NCBI GenBank assembly: GCA_944336335.1
Contig: CALVLC010000036.1
Location: forward strand, 1 to 56,421
DNA length: 56,421 nucleotides
Reading direction: 5' to 3'
Source of the DNA: an uncultured Bacilli bacterium
GTDB taxonomy: Bacteria > Bacillota_I > Bacilli_A > RFN20 > CAG-826
Below, in pieces: positions 49,701 through 56,421 of the stretch (position 1 is the stretch's first letter; each line of letters begins with the position of its first letter). A model generated the notes under the pieces. The model was not told the origin of the DNA, did not search any database, and saw only the letters and a list, made by a program, of their open reading frames with translations. A program made the translations under genes and the position numbers.

Positions 49701-50713
49701 TGAGGATCCTCCGCTAAATAATCATTTGTTAAAGCAAAAGCTACAGCACGGCATCCACCACATTTGCTAATATTTTTGCAATTATGGCACTTACCTTTTA
49801 AATTATTTTTATCTCTAATATCCCATAAGATTTTACTTGAATACCAAGTTTTAAAAATTCCATCAGTAAAAATATTGCCAATAGGTATTTCAAGTCTACG
49901 GCAAGGTAATAAAGTACCATCACACAAAATTGCTAAACAAGTAAAGCCAACAGGGCAAAACCCGCCGACTTTATTATCAAAAGAATTTTTTGACAAATTC
50001 GCCCATAATGGTCTAGTTCTTCTAATTGCTATTTCGTTAGAAAGTTTTTCAGCTTCTAAATTAATTTGTTCATAAATGCGATGTATTTCATCACTAGAAA
50101 TAATATCTTCATTAGCGCTATGCCCACACGGAGTAACTCTTTCTAAAGAAATATAATCAATATTCTCTTTAATGGCTAAACTAATAAAATTAAAAATGTC
50201 ATTTTTATTTTTATTAGTAATTGTAAACATGCTAGATACTTTGAAGTTATATTTTTTTAATAACCTAATACCATCAATAGCCTTATCAAAATTACCTTCG
50301 CCACGCGTAGCATCATGTACATGTTGTGTGCCACCATCAAGAGAGACCTGAATTTCATCGAGTTTATTATATTTCAAAAGTTTTTTGCATATTTCATCAT
50401 CAATTAAAGTTCCGTTAGTAAGGATATGGATAGAACAAATTCTATCTTGCTTATCAAGATAATCAAGCAAAGCAAAAAGAGATTTGCTCATGAAAGGTTC
50501 GCCGCCAGTAAGTGAAATTCTTCCAAACATGTTCCATTTATTCAAAGCTTCAATAATTTTATTAGCAATTTCAATCAACTTTTCAAAAGGTAACTCAAAA
50601 AAATTGTAATCTCCCTGATAACAATGACTACACCTTAAATTACAATAATTTAAAAAATGCCATTGAAAATAAAATTCATTGGCAGAATTTCTTTTATTCT
50701 GTTTATTTTCCAT
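49676..50713 (-). CDS. Radical SAM/SPASM-domain peptide maturase
   Basis: CNLRCSHC, LTGGEP, TNGTL, SLDG; full SPASM CPVGFTCLAILCDGTLLPC..CHNCKNISKCGGC..DPQC. Confidence 0.92.
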   Translation of the reverse strand: MENKQNKRNSANEFYFQWHFLNYCNLRCSHCYQGDYNFFELPFEKLIEIANKIIEALNKWNMFGRISLTGGEPFMSKSLFALLDYLDKQDRICSIHILTNGTLIDDEICKKLLKYNKLDEIQVSLDGGTQHVHDATRGEGNFDKAIDGIRLLKKYNFKVSSMFTITNKNKNDIFNFISLAIKENIDYISLERVTPCGHSANEDIISSDEIHRIYEQINLEAEKLSNEIAIRRTRPLWANLSKNSFDNKVGGFCPVGFTCLAILCDGTLLPCRRLEIPIGNIFTDGIFKTWYSSKILWDIRDKNNLKGKCHNCKNISKCGGCRAVAFALTNDYLAEDPQCWMEEQF

Positions 50714-50741
50714 TTAAAAAATAAAAATTGTTTGATTTAAA

Positions 50742-50885
50742 TTAGTTACAGTTACAGTTTGAGCAGCCAAAACACCAATGACCATTATTAAATTCGTCCC
50801 AAACTTCCTTTGTGAAAACCATGTTTTCTTCTACTAAAAGAATTGGTTTTTCATAAGTAATTTTATTATCCAATTTTTTTTCCAT
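50742..50885 (-). CDS. Putative RiPP precursor, 47 aa: MEKKLDNKITYEKPILLVEENMVFTKEVWDEFNNGHWCFGCSNCNCN (absent from the ORF track)
   Basis: AAGGAGG RBS 8 nt before ATG 50885; YxxP leader motif; Cys/Trp/Asn-rich C-terminus; stop 28 nt before the rSAM/SPASM start. Confidence 0.88.
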   Translation of the reverse strand: MEKKLDNKITYEKPILLVEENMVFTKEVWDEFNNGHWCFGCSNCNCN

Positions 50886-51139
50886 TTTCTTGTCCTCCTT
50901 TTTTATTTTACAACTATAGAAATGATTTTTTCAACAACCAATAAGTAGAATAGTAATGACTGAAAAGAGATTTAATCTCATCAAGTTTTGTCAAATATTA
51001 AGAAATTATAGATTAACTGACGTTTAGTTTTAATAATGGGTTCATAAAATTAATGCAAAAAATCTTAAAAGGGTAAAATCATTATCAAATTTTAGGAAGT
51101 AACTTTAATACAAGTGAAAAATATTATTTAGTTGCTTTC

Positions 51140-52558
51140 CTATTTTAATCGCCAAGATAATTCGCCATCTGCCATTAAAAGCTCTTCTCGTATTGCATCA
51201 TAATATTTTGTAACAACATAATCATCAAAGCGTCTAGCTTCAGAAAGGTATCTTAATGCTGAGTCTTTATTAACATCAACTCCTTCACCATAATAATAAC
51301 GTAAAGCCTTAAATTTATAGACTCTTGAATCTCCTCTAACATCAGCCAAAGAGAAAAAGTGTTCCGCTCTCTCATAATCTTGTTCTACGCCTAAACCATA
51401 ATAATGACAAACACCTAAACAATAGAGAGAATCTACATTATATTTAGCACTACCTTCTATAAAATACTTCACAGCTTCATCATATTTTTTTAATGAGTAA
51501 TAAAATCTACCTATAAGTGAGGCCTGACTCGGATAGGGATATCTTTTATAACCATAAATTAATAAATCACAAGCTTCTTCAACTCCTTCTCTATCTCCTA
51601 TTCCATGATCTAAATACAATTTCAAAATACTTTCGTATAAATTTTCATAATAGTGGTTTCCTACAAGATTATAACGTCTAATTAAAGCAAAACACGTTTT
51701 TGCCAAAGTAGTTGTTTGAAAATAGTCATGTTTCTTTAATAGCCAAAGAAAATCTACTAAATAATCTAAACCACCAATCTCAATTGCTTTTAAATAATAA
51801 GAAATAGCTTGGTTAATATCTACTTTTGGACCATAAAGATATTGGTAAGAATAAATTTCACCAAGTCTTTCGTATGCTTTTGCAGATCCTATAGAACTAT
51901 ATTTTTTCGCCAGTTCCAATTCAGCTGGTATATTCCTTTTATTATAAGTCTTTGAGTATTCACATTCTTGTTGAAAACGCTTATCTAAATCGGTTAGTTC
52001 AGTTCTACGAATGTAATTAGGTAATTCAATCTTAAAATCTAATTTTTTGATATCTTCACTCTTATTAGAAAAATTTGCGTCACATGTTTTTGAGTCTGAT
52101 TTAATTCTTTCAAAATAATAATCAAGTATCTTATCTTCTTCATTAAGATAATGCTTTTCTTCGTTTGGCTTTGGAACAACGATAGTAGAAAAATTAATAA
52201 GATTCTCCTTTGAATGATCTTCAGTAATATTTATACCATTGAAAAAACTCAATAAATTTTCTTCACTGCCATAAAGAGCCTTAACAAACCACTTTAATCC
52301 TTCATGTGCAAACTTTTCATCCATTAAGTAATTTTCTTTTACGTCATAAACAATACTTTGAAGATCTTCTTTAGATTTTATTGAGCAAACAGCTTTTAAA
52401 ATATCATCTTCACAAAATATTTTTAATATTCTTAATTCTTTTCTTCTATCAGGAAGAAAGTCGCTAAATAATGAAAATAGTCTTTTTCCATCATCAAAAA
52501 TATCATCAGAATATTGTTCTTTAATTTTTTTAATAATCTCAATGACATAATCATCCAT
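51140..52558 (-). CDS. Sel1-like repeat protein
   Basis: LYCLGVCHYYGLGVEQDYERA, YYYGEGVDVNKDSA, AYERLGEIYSY..GPKVDINQAISYY. Confidence 0.85.
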   Translation of the reverse strand: MDDYVIEIIKKIKEQYSDDIFDDGKRLFSLFSDFLPDRRKELRILKIFCEDDILKAVCSIKSKEDLQSIVYDVKENYLMDEKFAHEGLKWFVKALYGSEENLLSFFNGINITEDHSKENLINFSTIVVPKPNEEKHYLNEEDKILDYYFERIKSDSKTCDANFSNKSEDIKKLDFKIELPNYIRRTELTDLDKRFQQECEYSKTYNKRNIPAELELAKKYSSIGSAKAYERLGEIYSYQYLYGPKVDINQAISYYLKAIEIGGLDYLVDFLWLLKKHDYFQTTTLAKTCFALIRRYNLVGNHYYENLYESILKLYLDHGIGDREGVEEACDLLIYGYKRYPYPSQASLIGRFYYSLKKYDEAVKYFIEGSAKYNVDSLYCLGVCHYYGLGVEQDYERAEHFFSLADVRGDSRVYKFKALRYYYGEGVDVNKDSALRYLSEARRFDDYVVTKYYDAIREELLMADGELSWRLK

Positions 52559-52656
52559 AATGTATTCCTCTAAAAAATAAAAATAAATGAAGTTTTGCGA
52601 CTTAATTGAAAAAATTTAAGACTAATCAGAAAATTAAAACTGATTCAAAGTCACCA

Positions 52657-53955
52657 TTATTTCTTTTTCGTCAAAACCAAATATTTCTTTTCTAATCTTG
52701 CTTTTGATTTCTCTAAACCATCATAAACTTTTTTATATTCAAAATATTCCTTCTTAGCATTCTTAAATACAATTGAATTCTTTTCTCTTTCAGTGGCTAA
52801 TTCTTTATATTTATGATCGAATTCATCATATGTACTCAAAAGAAAACTTCTAATTAAATCACTGAAAAAAGTATTTCTTTTTTTGTAATCTTTCTTTAAG
52901 TCAGAAAATTGATTCTTCGTTTCATCAAATTTTTCTGAAGTAGCATCAAGTTTATTCTTAGCTTCTAAATACTTGTTTTCCAAAAAAGATAACTTACGAT
53001 TCATTGAATTTAGCTTTTCGCTTATTCGATTAATTTCTTGTTTGCATTTAAGTTCTTCTTTTTTGCTTTGATAAATAGCAAGCAATTTTTTGTCGATAGA
53101 TTTACTAACAATTCCTACAACGCTAATATCATCTTTACTACCATTTACACTTAAATAATCAAGATTAGTAATTAAATTACTTTGCAAATCCTCATTATTT
53201 TTGTAAGAATTTAGCAAAAGTTCTATTAAGTCACTGTAAAAATTACTTGTTGATTCTAACGATGAAAATGAATCTTCAACACCATCTGTCCCCATTAAAC
53301 AAGCAACTATATTTTCTTTGCATTCAATTAAAACATGTCTCATTTCATCTAAAGCGTTTTTGTCAGACATTGATGTTGTAACATTAGCAACACAGTTCTT
53401 ATCAATAGGCATTGGATCAAAACTATTACCTTTTTCATCGAAAATAAATATATGCCCATCGCCTTGTTGAATTAAAATTAAATAGCCATCAATTAATAAT
53501 CCACCAAGAAGAGTTGTACCATAAGCTTTAATAATCTCATCATTTGTTAAGCCTTTAGTTGTTTCTATTTTAAACTTAACAATTTCATCCTCACTTATTT
53601 GGTTATTAAAATAATGGTTAGTTACATTTTCAGTCCACCTATTTAAAATTGAAAGCTTTAATTTATAGAAGAAATCTAACTCTTTTTTCTTGTCATTGAA
53701 CAACGTTTCTAAAAACGTCAAATCAACGTCATTAACAATGGATCTTAAAGTTTCAAGCAATACTTCGCATGCAATTTTTGAGCCAAATGCACTTCGAAAA
53801 CATCTTCTATCACCATGTCCATCAGCAACTGCAAAGATTAAAAACTTACCATCACTATCACGATAAGATAAAGAATAATCTTGGCATGGTAAACCTTTTC
53901 TTTTATGCGAGTTTCCTAAAACTGTTTGATTAAATATCAAATAATTTGAAATCAT
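52657..53955 (-). CDS. PP2C-like phosphatase (TerY-P type) with C-terminal coiled coil
   Basis: GNSHKRKGLPCQD, AVADGHG, MGTDGV, KDDISV. Confidence 0.88.
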   Translation of the reverse strand: MISNYLIFNQTVLGNSHKRKGLPCQDYSLSYRDSDGKFLIFAVADGHGDRRCFRSAFGSKIACEVLLETLRSIVNDVDLTFLETLFNDKKKELDFFYKLKLSILNRWTENVTNHYFNNQISEDEIVKFKIETTKGLTNDEIIKAYGTTLLGGLLIDGYLILIQQGDGHIFIFDEKGNSFDPMPIDKNCVANVTTSMSDKNALDEMRHVLIECKENIVACLMGTDGVEDSFSSLESTSNFYSDLIELLLNSYKNNEDLQSNLITNLDYLSVNGSKDDISVVGIVSKSIDKKLLAIYQSKKEELKCKQEINRISEKLNSMNRKLSFLENKYLEAKNKLDATSEKFDETKNQFSDLKKDYKKRNTFFSDLIRSFLLSTYDEFDHKYKELATEREKNSIVFKNAKKEYFEYKKVYDGLEKSKARLEKKYLVLTKKK

Positions 53956-53959
53956 TTAA

Positions 53960-54748
53960 TTACCAATTACTTTCATCTAAATCAATAATAGTGTAATCAC
54001 TTGAATTATTATCAGTCTTCTTTGTTTCAGAAGATGAACTTTTATTTAAAGTAACACCTTTACAAGGGAGCATTTGCATAGTTTGATTAATAATCTCTAC
54101 TGCATTATTTGTATCAGAACTTGTTCTGCTCTTACTATTAACCATTGAAGATGTGATTGAAGCAACTTTAATTAAAGCTTTCAAGGTATCGTTATCATGC
54201 ACACTTATAACTGCTTCGCTATTTCCAACAACTCTAGCTAATGCTTCTTGATCAGCGTCTTCTCCGACTGCAATTCCAATTTTAGTTGCATGTCTAAACC
54301 AAGTATTATTTTTATTAGCATTTTTTAAAATATTAATATACGAATCAGTAGGATGACCATCAGTTAAAAATAAAATAACAGGAATACAGAAACCAACTTC
54401 ACTTTTAAGAAGTTCACTTCTTGAAAGTTTTTTATCTAATTCACTAATAGCATTACCTAAGTCGGTTGTCCCGCCCGCTACAAGATCGGTCCAAACAAAA
54501 TCTTCTAAATCTTCAAGAGTGTTTTCGCTAGTAATCCATCTTGATCCAGTCGAAAAAGCTAATGCAGCAATTTTTACCTGGGCATCTGGATTCTTTTCAG
54601 AAATATCTTTTAAAACATCTACTGTTTCATGCATTGCTTCATTAACTGCAGCAATCTTTTCTCCAGACATACTTCCAGAAGTATCTAAAACGTAAATTAT
54701 TGGTAAAACTTTCTTTACCATTTCAGTTGTATCGATTATATTTGGCAT
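53960..54748 (-). CDS. TerY-like von Willebrand factor A domain protein
   Basis: VLDTSGSM MIDAS, GGTTDLG, FLTDGHPTD; likely ATG at 54748 after GAGGAGG. Confidence 0.88.
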   Translation of the reverse strand: MPNIIDTTEMVKKVLPIIYVLDTSGSMSGEKIAAVNEAMHETVDVLKDISEKNPDAQVKIAALAFSTGSRWITSENTLEDLEDFVWTDLVAGGTTDLGNAISELDKKLSRSELLKSEVGFCIPVILFLTDGHPTDSYINILKNANKNNTWFRHATKIGIAVGEDADQEALARVVGNSEAVISVHDNDTLKALIKVASITSSMVNSKSRTSSDTNNAVEIINQTMQMLPCKGVTLNKSSSSETKKTDNNSSDYTIIDLDESNW

Positions 54749-54765
54749 AACTTCCTCCTCCTTTG

Positions 54766-56067
54766 TCAAATAATTTTTATTTCTTTATCAAAAACAATAA
54801 ATTTTATACCTGTTAAAACTGGGACAAGTTCATTTGGTTTAACCATTCTAACTTGCCCTGAAGTAGTTATTGCTTTTAATTCTTTTCCCATTTCATTTTT
54901 TAGACATAAAACTTTTTTACCATTACTAATTACATAAACACTATGCAAAATAGGATTAAGGGCTTCAGTATCATTACAAGAACCAAGTTGACAACGATAA
55001 AGCCAAGTTCCTCTAGCAATTGTTAGAGAATATTCTGGTAACTTTAATTTATGTTTGACGTTATAAATTCGGCCGCACTTTTCACATTTAGTATCACTTG
55101 CATCGTGAATAAATATTTCATTTCCGCAATCGCATTTTACAATTTCACTTTCAAATCTAGTTAAAACTTTAAGCCAGTCTGTTTCTCTTAAACGTTTACT
55201 TGGGTTTAAAATAGCTTCTCTTGAAAATGATTTTTTAAAAGCATCTTTAATATAATCAGGCATATATTTCCAGCGTAGAGCAACATTAGGTTGAAGTCGA
55301 TCAACCGGAGCATTACTTCTATCATTTTCATCATAGATGAAAAGGGCATTGTTTCCATAGATTTGTTCAGCAAATGCTGGAGTCATACAAGGTATACTTA
55401 CCCATCTTTTCCCTTCTAAAGGATGATTATTACATAAGATGATAAATAATATTATCGCTAATGAAAAACGATCAGATTGTGTGTTAGGCAAAACTTTATT
55501 GTGACCTGAAACAATTTCAGGAGCCATATAGCGTGGCTTACCAATAATACCCATATTTGTATTATTAGGTGCGACGTTATCGTTATCACAAATTAAAACA
55601 TCGCCAGTATCGGGATTAATAAAGAAATTGCCATCGTTTAAATCTTGATTACTATAACCTTTGTTGTGCAAAATTCTAAAAGCTGAAGTAATTTTTAAAC
55701 AAACTTCTATTGCTGCTTTAAATGAAGGAAATTTTACGCCACGAGCAATAATAAATTCAGATAACTCATGATATTCTTTTGGTCTTAATTTCATGACATA
55801 ACCGAAACTATTATTTATAGTTGTTGTTAAAGCTTCGGGCCATAAAAAATTCTTATCTGGTGAGCCATTAGAGATGTTGTTCTTTAAATTTTCATAAAAT
55901 TTCTTTTTATTTGTTCCAAAAGTCCTATACCATTTAAGAGCTTTTCTTTCACCTTTATATTCAACTTCATAAACATCACCTTGCCCACCACTTGCAAGGA
56001 ATCTTATGATTTTAATATTATTGCCATCGATTGATTTTAATATATCGCCTGGTTTAAATTCAGTCAT
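54766..56067 (-). CDS. Ser/Thr protein kinase (TerY-P triad type) with C-terminal zinc-ribbon-like motif
   Basis: LASGGQGDVY, ALKWY, QDLNDGNFF, CDNDN, YMAPE, DRFSLA; CDCG..CEKCG. Confidence 0.88.
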   Translation of the reverse strand: MTEFKPGDILKSIDGNNIKIIRFLASGGQGDVYEVEYKGERKALKWYRTFGTNKKKFYENLKNNISNGSPDKNFLWPEALTTTINNSFGYVMKLRPKEYHELSEFIIARGVKFPSFKAAIEVCLKITSAFRILHNKGYSNQDLNDGNFFINPDTGDVLICDNDNVAPNNTNMGIIGKPRYMAPEIVSGHNKVLPNTQSDRFSLAIILFIILCNNHPLEGKRWVSIPCMTPAFAEQIYGNNALFIYDENDRSNAPVDRLQPNVALRWKYMPDYIKDAFKKSFSREAILNPSKRLRETDWLKVLTRFESEIVKCDCGNEIFIHDASDTKCEKCGRIYNVKHKLKLPEYSLTIARGTWLYRCQLGSCNDTEALNPILHSVYVISNGKKVLCLKNEMGKELKAITTSGQVRMVKPNELVPVLTGIKFIVFDKEIKII

Positions 56068-56295
56068 ATCTCCCCTTTCAAATTATTTATAAGTTCAAAC
56101 TAATTTTGTTTTTCTAACCTTTATAACGATCTTTAATGGAAATAAATATTCATTGTTTTGAAATAATTATTTAGCAAGATTGGATATAACTCTATTATAA
56201 ATCAATTAGTATTCTTCATGAATTGATTTCAAGAGTAATCCAACCTTTTTGCTAAATAGTCTTTCTTATGTAATTGCTTAGTTTTAACTCAGTTA

Positions 56296-56421
56296 TTAAC
56301 GACCTAAGAAATCAAGTATTTTCTCTTTTTGATATTTTATCTTTGCATTAAAATTGGCTTTTCTTTTTTGCTCATCATTAGCTAAATTATTAAATGTTTT
56401 GGCTAATTTGCCAAATAGACC
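56296..56421 (-). CDS. 3' end of a gene entering from the right edge (..GLFGKLAKTFNNLANDEQKRKANFNAKIKYQKEKILDFLGR*)
   Basis: Open frame from the window end to TAA at 56296-56298. Confidence 0.45.
   Translation of the reverse strand, partial: GLFGKLAKTFNNLANDEQKRKANFNAKIKYQKEKILDFLGR

Noticed and set aside
1-56421. Genetic code 4 (TGA=Trp) or AGG=Met
   Set aside because: TGA ends genes at overlap junctions (36425, 46611, 54766) and conserved Trp residues use TGG; the AGG codons I checked fit Arg (TKRD, GGRLA).
1-56421. CRISPR array, rRNA, tRNA, integrase or att sites
   Set aside because: No regularly spaced repeats, cloverleaf or rRNA-like segment, recombinase ORF or convincing flanking direct repeat seen by eye; a weak site could be missed.

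Overview
A 56.4 kb, very AT-rich bacterial window with almost all genes on the minus strand. It probably comes from an uncultivated gut Bacilli lineage, judging from the many L-x-[ST]-C lipoproteins and the use of TGA as a stop. Four blocks: (1) ~1.9-42.4 kb, a carbohydrate-utilisation island with a glycyl radical enzyme of unknown specificity and its activase, GH127, GH31, GH2, GH43 and an atypical GH13-like enzyme, a sugar ABC transporter, many CBM/Ig/GLUG surface proteins, one AraC and three LacI regulators, and a recurring ACATTA-N4-TAATGT palindrome. (2) ~42.1-45.1 kb, a decayed zone with a chimeric pseudogene junction and a very diverged IS66 TnpC-like remnant. (3) 45.3-50.9 kb, a translationally coupled putative RiPP operon. 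It holds a 47-aa precursor missed by the ORF track (YEKP leader motif, core ending WCFGCSNCNCN), a radical SAM/SPASM enzyme, PqqD/RRE, an amidohydrolase-GNAT fusion, an anticodon-less AsnRS-like ligase, a prenyltransferase/squalene-cyclase-repeat protein and a B12-type radical SAM enzyme. I do not recognise this combination as a characterised pathway, and it is the best candidate for an undescribed system. (4) 51.1-56.1 kb, a kinase-TerY(vWA)-PP2C triad plus a Sel1-repeat protein. All seven in-frame CGG codons I found sit in contexts that fit tryptophan, which suggests a CGG=Trp genetic code. No rRNA, tRNA or CRISPR array was seen. All calls come from motif reading by eye; no searches were run.
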